IMG/VR virus record: IMGVR_UViG_3300025765_000001
Origin: a virus
Lineage: Duplodnaviria; Heunggongvirae; Uroviricota; Caudoviricetes
DNA length: 64,000 bases
Strand: one strand, 5' to 3'
The stretch's first letter is position 1. Each line of letters opens with the position of its first letter. Of this stretch, positions 49,099-57,887 are shown piece by piece. A program made the position numbers and the translations under genes. The notes under the pieces are model-generated. The model saw nothing but the letters and a program-made list of their open reading frames with translations. It did not search any database and was not told the DNA's origin.

Positions 49099-49862
49099 AG
49101 GATCATGGATCGACGCCGTTCGCTGCGTAGTTTGTTCTTGAGGTCTTTTGGGTGGAGATTGTACGCTAATTCAGGCCAGAACCGACGCAGCAGTGCTTCC
49201 AACCGAGGGGAGACTGATCTATATCCGAGGCCGCTTCTGTTCAACGCATGACTCTCCCAGGCAATGCGATTAGTGGGGTGGAAGTGTGATGCGTGGATCG
49301 GCTTGATTGCTCGCTCGTAACGCTTTACGAAACCAGAGCAACCCAGGTTGAACGTCGTATTAAGCACGGTTACTCTGTCTCGATACTCTTTACTCTTCAG
49401 GACTTTGTTTAGAGTTGGTTCTTCTCTAGTAGCATTGGTCTCCTCCAAAGTTCGAGTTACGTGTTCAATGATGTCCTTAGATGTGTCTCTCCAAAATACG
49501 CTTCCGCCGTTGTATTTTGGAAGGCTGTATTCACAGATGCCCACGTCTTTGAACTTTGGAGGTTCAAAAGCGACATCCTGCCAACAGTCCAAGTCGTGTG
49601 CCCAATACACATTGTCTAGATTTTGAGCTACCAGCCAACGTATGCCGAACATCTTACTGCCAGTGGAGCAGTGTTCGTTGAGGTTGGTTTTGATCGCTGT
49701 TACACCTGCATGTTCAAAGTCGAAATTGGTTATCAGGCATATATCTTCAGGCTTCCATCCGAGGTCCAGGCTATTCTCGATTTGAGCCTGGGCCATAGCT
49801 ACTAGTTCTTCCTTGTTTGTTCTCGACTTTGGCAACAGGTTTGCTACCATCACGTTTTTCAT
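49095..49862 (-). CDS. putative GT-A fold glycosyltransferase
   Basis: HDLD DxD motif, NGG..F, E..LN, LN..FN, late H. Confidence 0.6.
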   Translation of the reverse strand: MKNVMVANLLPKSRTNKEELVAMAQAQIENSLDLGWKPEDICLITNFDFEHAGVTAIKTNLNEHCSTGSKMFGIRWLVAQNLDNVYWAHDLDCWQDVAFEPPKFKDVGICEYSLPKYNGGSVFWRDTSKDIIEHVTRTLEETNATREEPTLNKVLKSKEYRDRVTVLNTTFNLGCSGFVKRYERAIKPIHASHFHPTNRIAWESHALNRSGLGYRSVSPRLEALLRRFWPELAYNLHPKDLKNKLRSERRRSMIL

Positions 49863-50236
49863 TCTTGCTTCCCAAAGAAGTCCTTATCGTATTCTATCTT
49901 GACGACCCCTTCTTCGGCGGGTTTGCCTGTAACGGGGTCTTCTACCCAGAATCTAGCACTCTTGATCTCGTTAGCAGGCACAAAAGTCTCTTTCTTTTGT
50001 ACCACTTGATCGTTTACCAACTCTTCCTTGATAGCAACGAACTCGTTCTCGAAGAAGCACCTATCGCCTGGGCTAACCGGTAGATTGTACCTACATCCCT
50101 GATAGAGAACGACGACTCTGCATTCTCCTGCCTTTCGGTTGTACAGTCGGCAGTTGTTGCATATTTTCTCTACTCCGTTGCCGACTACAGACAAGGCTTT
50201 TCTTACATTTCGCCTTGATAGCTTTCGTTTTTTCAT
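49859..50236 (-). CDS. hypothetical protein with Cys motif
   Basis: CNNC..Y...C...C. Confidence 0.7.
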   Translation of the reverse strand: MKKRKLSRRNVRKALSVVGNGVEKICNNCRLYNRKAGECRVVVLYQGCRYNLPVSPGDRCFFENEFVAIKEELVNDQVVQKKETFVPANEIKSARFWVEDPVTGKPAEEGVVKIEYDKDFFGKQE

Positions 50237-50299
50237 CTTTTGATCCCTTGTGTTTTCGCTACTAATGTAGTAATATCTAGCCTTCTAGGAGGTAAAGAC

Positions 50300-51013
50300 A
50301 TGAAAGTAATTGGTCTAGCTGCTCAAATGCAAAACGGCAAAGATATCGCTGCCGACTATTTGAAGAAGAAACTGCCTTCTGTCTTCGGAGAAGATTATAC
50401 CAGAACCGCCTTTGCCGCTAGTGTCAAAAGAGTATACTCCGAGACCTTTGATGTGCCTCTGTCGTTTATAGAGGAGTGGAAGGTGAAATCGGAGTGTCCT
50501 CCTGGGTTCGATATGAATGTCCGCCAGGGGTTACAGTTCATTGGCGATGGGTTCCGCAAGATTCAAGCAAATATCTGGATTGAATTAGTCTTCCGCAATC
50601 GCACCGACAATCTCATTCTTTCTGATGCCCGCTACATCAACGAACTCAAGAAGATCAAAAGTCTCGGCGGCATTACTATTCTAGTTTGGCGACCGGGATT
50701 TGAGAACGACGACCCCAACGGGTCCGAGGCTCAGATCAAGCCTGTTGTCGATTGGTTCAAAGACCGCTACAAGACTACAGGTGCCGAGGGTGCAGTGAAC
50801 AAACCCGCCGACGAATTAACAGGTGATTGGAGTTCTGGTCCTCCAGGTCGTGTTCGATACTGGAATAGAACTACCGATCCAAGAGCTACACCCCCAGAGG
50901 GGTGCGAGCAAGTTGATCTCTTCCTGGTCAACAATGGAACCAAGGAAGACCTCTACCAAAAGATAGACACACTGGTGGTCCCTTATGTCAGAAGAAAATG
51001 GTATCTCGTTTAG
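50300..51013 (+). CDS. deoxynucleoside monophosphate kinase (T4 gp1-like)
   Basis: IGL.....GKD..A, AFA..K, R..LQ..G, SD.R..NE. Confidence 0.85.
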   Translation: MKVIGLAAQMQNGKDIAADYLKKKLPSVFGEDYTRTAFAASVKRVYSETFDVPLSFIEEWKVKSECPPGFDMNVRQGLQFIGDGFRKIQANIWIELVFRNRTDNLILSDARYINELKKIKSLGGITILVWRPGFENDDPNGSEAQIKPVVDWFKDRYKTTGAEGAVNKPADELTGDWSSGPPGRVRYWNRTTDPRATPPEGCEQVDLFLVNNGTKEDLYQKIDTLVVPYVRRKWYLV

Positions 51014-51173
51014 AGGATGGGAGTATGCCGTATAAAACTAGAGAGCAACAGCGTGATGTCGAACGCCGCTACGAACGATCCAAAAGAGGCAAATCAGGCA
51101 GGATGCGGTATAAAAAGTCGGTCAGCGGTGAAACAGTTAGGAAGAAAGTCTATAAAAAAGGGTGGAGTGGTAG

Positions 51174-51896
51174 TTAGTCTTCTGGGGGCTGTTCAGGATC
51201 AAATGCGTTCTCGGTCAAAGGTATCTGGAATTGCACCTTCTTCTTGAGCTTATCCATGCCAGTCTCGGTAATGACGTTCAAAGACCACCCTCTAGCTTGA
51301 CACTCCAGGCCGCAGGCCCGCCATTTGGCTTGGTTCTTCTGCATGGCCGTCTGGTTGGAAGGTTTGATCTCCCATACTTCTTTTCTTCCGTCCATGAATT
51401 GTACAAACAGGTCGGGAATGTAGGTGTGATTCTCGCCCTCGAAGAAATAGTTGAACTTCATGATCTCTACGTCGTAGCTAAGCACGGCATTCCATTCATC
51501 CAGTAATTCGTACACCTGCCTCTCCCAGCCGCTTCGGTAGTGCATCTTCTTCTTCATTTTGTGCGACTCATACCAGCCATCTAGGAACTTGGGCTTTCGA
51601 GTCCTCATTTTGCCTTTGCCCTTCGGGTTAATGTCTTTCCAGATGAGTGCCCTGGTTGGGCCTTTTACCGGTGGGAGTTTGGCGTGAGAGTGCTTCACCT
51701 TGTAATGGAGCTTTAGGTCACGTACCGGAGCCTTGCAGTGGTCGAGCGGACAGATAACGTATTCTCTGCCCTCTTCATGATTTTCTACTATATGCTTCTT
51801 GTATTCCTCGAACTCGGTGTGTTGGATGCCACATACGAAGCATTGGTACTTGCGTTTGCCTTTTTGATCTTCGTCTTCAAACTCCATCTTCGTCAT
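51174..51896 (-). CDS. C2H2 Zn-finger plus TnsA/gp4-like PD-(D/E)xK nuclease
   Basis: C..C..H...H twice; YRSGWE, Y.PD, EIKP, K...., ITE. Confidence 0.8.
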   Translation of the reverse strand: MTKMEFEDEDQKGKRKYQCFVCGIQHTEFEEYKKHIVENHEEGREYVICPLDHCKAPVRDLKLHYKVKHSHAKLPPVKGPTRALIWKDINPKGKGKMRTRKPKFLDGWYESHKMKKKMHYRSGWERQVYELLDEWNAVLSYDVEIMKFNYFFEGENHTYIPDLFVQFMDGRKEVWEIKPSNQTAMQKNQAKWRACGLECQARGWSLNVITETGMDKLKKKVQFQIPLTENAFDPEQPPED

Positions 51897-52360
51897 ACGT
51901 CGTCTCCTAGTTGTCGTTGGTTGGCCGGTACTTCGATATCGTATTCGTCATCGTCGGTAGTCAGGACTGTTTTAAGCCTCTTACCTTGTCCTTTTTGTTG
52001 AGCTAATTTGGTTAGTTCTTTGTAAGCATCTTCCTTGTCTAGAACCTTAATGCTCTTCAAGTCTTTTAGATAGAACATGCTCTCTTTCTTTTCGCCTTGG
52101 AGGGCACTGGTGAGGCTGATGCCTTTGAAAGCGGCGTCTTTACCCCAATCCTTGTCGGTGTCCTCGTCTGGGTTCTTCATCCTAGCGAACGTCAACCTAC
52201 TATCCTCAGAGGCGGCGAACAGTTCGTTGTCCTTCTTGAAGAAGAACACGAACCCGTTGACTTCCAGCATGGAACGTATCTTGTCTTGGGCTTGTTTTTC
52301 TAGTTGTTCATCCCACAGGTCCATTAGCGATCTAAAGTCTGAGAATCCAGGCGATTGCAT
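51893..52360 (-). CDS. hypothetical protein
   Basis: GGAG RBS; TATATA upstream. Confidence 0.7.
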   Translation of the reverse strand: MQSPGFSDFRSLMDLWDEQLEKQAQDKIRSMLEVNGFVFFFKKDNELFAASEDSRLTFARMKNPDEDTDKDWGKDAAFKGISLTSALQGEKKESMFYLKDLKSIKVLDKEDAYKELTKLAQQKGQGKRLKTVLTTDDDEYDIEVPANQRQLGDDV

Positions 52361-52400
52361 TGTTGTCTCCAAAGTATATACCAGCCCCCTATATAAAAGC

Positions 52401-52862
52401 ATGAAGTCCTTCTCGTTCAAAGAGTATCTAGACGAGGCTGAAAAATTCGCAGCCGGTTACAGTGTCGCCGGTCCAGAGGAATTGCACATTCCAAAGGACA
52501 AGTGGGACGCTGCGAAGAAGGCCGTTCCAGATATTGGACTGAACACAGATATGGGTGGTTTTGCTACCGACTTTGCCCCATATCGTATCCTCAGCTTGGA
52601 ACGTGATCCTGCTCGTGGCAATAACGTCATAGCAGCTAAGATCAAACCCATGAAGATTATGGGGTTCGACGGGCAGAAGGTACACAAGAAGACTGACAAG
52701 GGCTACATGACAATGCCACAAGGAACCGACATAGATACCTCTGTTTTCGTCATTAAGGTAGACCCAGAGAAAGTCAAAGCAGCGGGAGGAAACCCAGCTA
52801 ATCCATCAGTAGACGATCTCATGTCTGCTGGGTTTTTAGCACCAGGGGCACCACCAGCATGA
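52401..52862 (+). CDS. protein with FKEYL N-terminus
   Basis: MKSFSFKEYLDEAE; TATATA 5 nt before the ATG. Confidence 0.75.
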   Translation: MKSFSFKEYLDEAEKFAAGYSVAGPEELHIPKDKWDAAKKAVPDIGLNTDMGGFATDFAPYRILSLERDPARGNNVIAAKIKPMKIMGFDGQKVHKKTDKGYMTMPQGTDIDTSVFVIKVDPEKVKAAGGNPANPSVDDLMSAGFLAPGAPPA

Positions 52863-53041
52863 TAAAGTTAGACTTCAAAGACTGGCTCTCTCAAAGAGAG
52901 AAGAACGAAAATGCCACGAGTACAGCGTGTATTGCTGGTTTTGCACGTCCGGTGATACCGGGACTAGTTCGCAGGATGCGACTGCCGTTCTGGGGCGAGG
53001 AAGACCCGTTCTTCAAGAAGAAACGCAATGGAAATTCGTGA
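52859..53041 (+). CDS. small protein with FKDWL N-terminus
   Basis: MIKLDFKDWLSQRE; ATGA coupling. Confidence 0.7.
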   Translation: MIKLDFKDWLSQREKNENATSTACIAGFARPVIPGLVRRMRLPFWGEEDPFFKKKRNGNS

Positions 53042-53444
53042 AGCGATTATCTCAGATTTGAACAATGGTTTACTAGATAGCCTGAAATCCCTTTCCGATC
53101 CACAACTCTCGTTTGACGAAGCACTAGACATCTACTTGCAAGTGGCGGCAAAGACACAAATCTACGTTGCCGTCGTTGATGGCAAAGTTGTCGGCACAGC
53201 TAGCCTGTTGGTCGAAACCAAGTTCATACACGCAGGTGGCAAAGTAGGCCACATCGAAGATGTGGCCGTTCAGAAAGAGTATCAAGGCCGTGGAATAGGC
53301 AAGGCTCTTGTAGAATATCTTATCATGGTAGGCATGTCTTTGGGTTGCTACAAGTTGATTCTAGACTGCAACCTTGACCTTGTTCCCTTCTACGAACAAT
53401 TTGGATTCCGCAATTGGTGCAACGCCATGCGGCTCGATCTATAA
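53028..53444 (+). CDS. GNA1-like glucosamine-6-phosphate N-acetyltransferase (GNAT)
   Basis: E.KFIH..G..GHIEDVAV...QG.G.GK, GCYK.ILDC, FY..GF. Confidence 0.85.
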   Translation: MEIREAIISDLNNGLLDSLKSLSDPQLSFDEALDIYLQVAAKTQIYVAVVDGKVVGTASLLVETKFIHAGGKVGHIEDVAVQKEYQGRGIGKALVEYLIMVGMSLGCYKLILDCNLDLVPFYEQFGFRNWCNAMRLDL

Positions 53445-53671
53445 CACTTCTCCATTCACACATCTAATTTCATTTAATGAAGATTCTATGTCTAGAAAGT
53501 TTCGCTGGACGTGTGAAGCTGACTTTCCGTGCGGAAAAACTCAGCCGATCTACGCCAAGGTAAATGCACGTTCGCTGATGAACATCGAGGAGACCGAAAA
53601 GAACTTCCTAGACGCCAAAGCCTGGATTCCAGGTAAGTCGGATTGGGAATAGATTACAGTAACCTACTTCG

Positions 53672-53857
53672 ATGTCACAGACGAAGAGATCAAAGACCTT
53701 TTTTTCTATTATTGCGAGTCTATACGAATTAACTGATCCAAACAAGAAACCTGAAGAACAGTACGACCTAGCCAAAGTCGGAACGATCAAGCTGTGTTTC
53801 CTAGTTCCTGACTATACCTGCCCTAAGTGCGGGAATAGCACCTGGGGATGGGCCTGA
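53672..53857 (+). CDS. small Zn-ribbon protein
   Basis: CPKCG near the C-terminus. Confidence 0.4.
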   Translation: MSQTKRSKTFFSIIASLYELTDPNKKPEEQYDLAKVGTIKLCFLVPDYTCPKCGNSTWGWA

Positions 53858-54196
53858 TGTGCTGTGTCATGAAACCATTGGAAGAATGGACCTTTGAAGA
53901 AGCGTGGCCGATATCAATTTACTTTGGTGAGCTAGATTACTCTTCCAGTGAGTTGTGTACAATTGAAGTCACATGAAGGTACAAGAGGGCTGTCTACAAA
54001 AACGTGTGGGTTGAGCCTTCCAGGGAAATTCCTAAAGCCGATGTGCCGGTTCAGTCGATGGGGATTAGCCAAAAATGTACCTACCAAAAAAATTCCGGCA
54101 AAAGTGTTGACCAGCCTACTACTATATGGTAACTTGGATTGTGTAGAAAAGTGAGTGACTGCGGCAGACTAGAGAACTAGATGATTGAAAGTATGT

Positions 54197-54225
54197 TTGA
54201 CACTTGCTTTGATACGTGCTAGATT
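54197..54225 (+). promoter_or_regulatory. sigma70-type promoter
   Basis: TTGACA-17 nt-TAGATT with extended TG. Confidence 0.6.
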
Positions 54226-54249
54226 TATATTACTAAATTATGTTCACTT

Positions 54250-54395
54250 GGCACACCAATGCCAGCGGTTTTGAGAAGCCGACCGTGATCTGAAGACTAC
54301 ACGCCCGAAAGGGTACAATTTGCGGAATGAGGGTCACAATGAATTCTCACACCACCCAAAAAGGCATAGGTGGGTTCGATTCCCACATGGGTGTC
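54250..54395 (+). ncRNA. tRNA-mimic small RNA with canonical T-arm
   Basis: GTGGG-TTCGATT-CCCAC T-arm; GGCAC(A)CCA/TGGGTGTC end stem; ATGCC/GGCAT closing a multi-hairpin domain; flanked by promoter and terminator. Confidence 0.65.
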
Positions 54396-54397
54396 TC

Positions 54398-54423
54398 GGC
54401 CAGCAGAAATGCTGGCCTTTTTT
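54398..54423 (+). terminator. intrinsic terminator
   Basis: GGCCAGCA-GAAA-TGCTGGCC-TTTTTT. Confidence 0.9.
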
Positions 54424-54432
54424 ATTGGTACG

Positions 54433-55004
54433 ATGATGAAAGTAGAACTGAATTGCAAACATTGTGGCACTCCTTTTTATACCTACGAGTTTTTGCTGGC
54501 TAAAGGAAAAGGCAAGTTCTGCTCTAGAAAATGCTACGAGCTAGGCAAGAGAAAGCAAGGTGCAGATTCTAAGGTCTGTGGCAAGTATGGCGACCAGAAA
54601 GCATTAGACGAGTTCACCGTTAGAAAGCGAAACGGAACCGGTTTGTGTGATGCCTATTGTAAATCATGTCGTTCTATAATTACCTGCGAACTTATGAGAA
54701 TCCCTCACACACGTTTTGCAAATGCTCGATGCAGAACCACCAAGAAGCGAGGGAGGCTTGGTGGACTATTTCAGAGGCAGAGTACACCGAACTGATTTCT
54801 GGGCATTGCCATTATTGCAAAGGCGTGTTAAACTCCACCGGCATTGGATTGGACCGCAAAGATAACTTTATCGGGTATACATCCGATAATGTAGTCCCTT
54901 ATTGCCGTCAGTGTAACATGGTGAAGAATGATTTCTTTACCTACGACGAAATGATGCTTCTAGCTCCAGTGCTAGAAGAAATCCGCAAAGCTAGGAGTTT
55001 ATAA
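54433..55004 (+). pseudogene. Zn-ribbon His-Me (HNH-like) endonuclease, frameshifted
   Basis: C..CG..FCS..C; frame change near 54752; CHYC..GLDR.DN..GY..DNVVP(Y)C..CN..K. Confidence 0.7.
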
Positions 55005-55005
55005 A

Positions 55006-56964
55006 ATGTACTTGCTTCGACCCTATGACGACGCCCTGCACCAGATCATTAGCACCGGCGTCAAGAAGACCAATCGAACCGGCGTCGGGACTATAGCCGT
55101 TTTCGGTATTCTATCCCGCTACAACATCTCCGAGGGCTTCCCTCTACTCACCGGACGTGAGATTCCGCACAAGGCCGTTTTCGCTGAACTACTTTGGTTT
55201 CTAAGTGGCAGTACCAACAACAAGGATTTGCAAAAATTGGGAGTCAATATCTGGACGCCCTGGGTAGATGAGGCTTTCGAGAAGAAACATGGCTACGCTC
55301 CTGGTTCTTTCGGTCCTGTCTATGGTTTCCAACTTCGACATTTCAATGGCTTCTATGGCAACGGCATCGGCGGCAGGGAGTTTACCCAAGACACCGAGGT
55401 AGACCCATGTACTGATTTTGGCGATTTACCTTATAGTATGTATGGCTTTGGAGGGTTCGACCAACTCGCCTGGATGGTCAACCGCATCAAGACGCAGCCG
55501 GATTGTCGCCGCATCCTTTTTTCTCTGTGGAATCCGAGGGATACCGATAAAATGCGTCTCCCGCCGTGTTTTGTGAAGGGCACTTTTGTGCAAACCGATA
55601 AAGGATATCGAGTTATTGAAGATGTGAAGGCGGGTGATCTAGTTTGGTCATCTGGTGGCTGGCAGTCAGTGACCGAGAATTTTATTACGCCCTATTCAGG
55701 CAAGGGGATTTTGTTGACTATGGCTTATAGTCGTGGTCTTCCAGTGAGATGTACTCCAAATCATCCTTTCTTAGTTCGTGGGCGAGGGTATGTTCCGGCC
55801 AGCACAGTGCAGAAGGGTGATTATGTGGCTATGCGGTTAAACACCGAGAGCAAGCTGCCGGTATTCAAAGAACACATCTACGTCAATCAGTATGCCAAAA
55901 AGACCGATTTTGAGATTTCGTCGCCGGATGATTGGTACATGATGGGTTATTTCTTGGGCGATGGATGGGCCTCTAAAAATAGCTCTCGTATATCTTTTGC
56001 TATAGCGGCAGAAGACGAAGAATATATTTTGCCGATGATCCGAAAGTCCATAAAAATCTCTCGCAAGAAAGGTGAAGGGGAGTCCTGTTCGACTTTTGAG
56101 ACTCGCAGTGAAAAATGGGCACCCATACTCAGAACTCTAGGACATCGGGCACACAACAAAGACATTCCTAGATGGATACTGGATGCCCCGATTGAGTGTC
56201 TGGAGAAGCTGGTGGAAGGATACTACGACAGTGATGGTTGTTCTAATGGAAGGTATTGGCATTTTACCACTACCTCGCCCAAATTGGCCCTTGGGATGCA
56301 GTCCATATTCTGGAAGTTGGGAGAAAGAGCGGCGATCTACCACTTCAAGCGGAAAAAGAAGAAAATCATCCAAGGAAGGCTTGTCAATCAGTGTGATCTT
56401 TATACGCTGATCGTTAAAAAGAGCGAGTCACGAAGGCAATTTCATACAGGCATTCCATATATCAAGGAAGGAGATTTGCTTTGGATTAGAGTGGAGGACG
56501 TGACGGAGGGTTTCATCGGTGAGGTCTCCGAGCCAGAGGTACACAATTTGTCGGTAGAAGGTTCGCATACTTATACCGCCAATAACTTTCTAAATCACAA
56601 TTGTCATTACACGTATCAGGTATTTGTGGACCCGGATAAAGGCAGGCTCAGCGGGATGCTCACCCAGCGGTCGTGTGACTTCCCGATTGGGGTGCCTTTC
56701 AACATCGCTTTTTACTCGGCCTTGACGATGATGCTGGCTCAACAAACCGGCTACACGCCGCATGAGTTTGTTCACTCCACGGTGGATAGCCACATCTATC
56801 TGAACCAGATGGAAGCGGTGGAGGAATACCTGCGAAGGCCGAAACCAGATTCTCCAAAACTCGTCATCAAGGCCGCTCTTGATATTTTCTCCTACACTAT
56901 GGACAGTTTTGAGGTAGTCGGGTATAAGCCCCAGCCGAAGATCAAAATCCCCGTAGCCGTTTGA
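55006..56964 (+). CDS. thyA: thymidylate synthase with intein
   Basis: RTG.GT, FPLLT, ELLWFL.G, GPVYG.Q.R, RR....WNP, LPP|CH, QRSCD...GVPFN, H.Y.N. Confidence 0.95.
   Translation: MYLLRPYDDALHQIISTGVKKTNRTGVGTIAVFGILSRYNISEGFPLLTGREIPHKAVFAELLWFLSGSTNNKDLQKLGVNIWTPWVDEAFEKKHGYAPGSFGPVYGFQLRHFNGFYGNGIGGREFTQDTEVDPCTDFGDLPYSMYGFGGFDQLAWMVNRIKTQPDCRRILFSLWNPRDTDKMRLPPCFVKGTFVQTDKGYRVIEDVKAGDLVWSSGGWQSVTENFITPYSGKGILLTMAYSRGLPVRCTPNHPFLVRGRGYVPASTVQKGDYVAMRLNTESKLPVFKEHIYVNQYAKKTDFEISSPDDWYMMGYFLGDGWASKNSSRISFAIAAEDEEYILPMIRKSIKISRKKGEGESCSTFETRSEKWAPILRTLGHRAHNKDIPRWILDAPIECLEKLVEGYYDSDGCSNGRYWHFTTTSPKLALGMQSIFWKLGERAAIYHFKRKKKKIIQGRLVNQCDLYTLIVKKSESRRQFHTGIPYIKEGDLLWIRVEDVTEGFIGEVSEPEVHNLSVEGSHTYTANNFLNHNCHYTYQVFVDPDKGRLSGMLTQRSCDFPIGVPFNIAFYSALTMMLAQQTGYTPHEFVHSTVDSHIYLNQMEAVEEYLRRPKPDSPKLVIKAALDIFSYTMDSFEVVGYKPQPKIKIPVAV
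55567..56601 (+). mobile_element. intein with LAGLIDADG homing endonuclease (345 aa)
   Basis: Starts CFVKGT, block B TPNHPF, GYFLGDG and GYYDSDG, ends HN before the catalytic Cys. Confidence 0.92.
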
Positions 56965-57228
56965 TGTTGGCAGGTTCGGGCAAAAAGGTAGACTCGTGGA
57001 CGATATCTGGGAAGAACTTCAGAGTCGGACAAAGAACAGGCCCAAAAACTTCGTGACTATACGCAGAGCCGGAAATGGAACAAGGAATTGGGCAAGATGC
57101 TCAATCAATTGTTTGCCATCCAGCAAGGCAAGGAACCGCCGCCCGAAGAAGAGGATGAGGAAGGTGAGAAGAAGAAAGACGAGTGCGAAGGTGGCACCTG
57201 TCCGATTTGATTCGGGCCGCTAGACTAC

Positions 57229-57266
57229 AAACACCGCCCTGGCTCTTGCCAGGGCGGTGTTTTTTT
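57229..57266 (+). terminator. intrinsic terminator
   Basis: AAACACCGCCCTGGC..GCCAGGGCGGTGTTTTTTT. Confidence 0.85.
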
Positions 57267-57304
57267 GTTAGCTTCTTTCTACATTTCCCGTCTGGAGAGA
57301 AGCT

Positions 57305-57865
57305 ATGAAGTATGCGTCTATCGACATCGAAACAACCGGTCTAAATGATAAGTATTGTCAAGTCATCGAATTCGGAGCGGTACTAGATGATCTGAATGAC
57401 CTCAGACCGCTAGATTTGCTCCCCAGGTTCCACGCCTATGTTCTCCACAACATCTATGTCGGCGAGCCATACGCCTTAGCGATGCACGCAGAGATATTCC
57501 GGCGTATAGCCAAACTAGAACCGCCATTCAAGTACGTTCATGAAACCGCCCTGGGCGAAGAATTCGCCAAGTGGTTAGTATGTCAGGGGCATGATCCTGA
57601 CGCCAAATTGAACGTGGCAGGTAATAACTTTGGCGGCTTCGATAACAAGTTTCTTGCCAAGCTGCCTAGTTTTTACAGCCGTGTCAAACTACATCATCGT
57701 TTCATCGACCCGGCCATCTTGTTCTTGGACCCCAGTAAAGACAAGGCAATGCCTGGGCTAGAGGAATGTTTGAAGAGAGCCAATAAGGATTCAGAAGTCA
57801 CCCACACGGCGGTTGAGGACGCCCTACAGGTCATCAAATTGGTCAGGACGACCGTAGTAAATTGA
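57305..57865 (+). CDS. DEDDh 3'-5' exonuclease
   Basis: SIDIETTGL, FD, HTAVEDA. Confidence 0.9.
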   Translation: MKYASIDIETTGLNDKYCQVIEFGAVLDDLNDLRPLDLLPRFHAYVLHNIYVGEPYALAMHAEIFRRIAKLEPPFKYVHETALGEEFAKWLVCQGHDPDAKLNVAGNNFGGFDNKFLAKLPSFYSRVKLHHRFIDPAILFLDPSKDKAMPGLEECLKRANKDSEVTHTAVEDALQVIKLVRTTVVN

Positions 57866-57887
57866 CCTCTACCAACTCTAATAGGGC

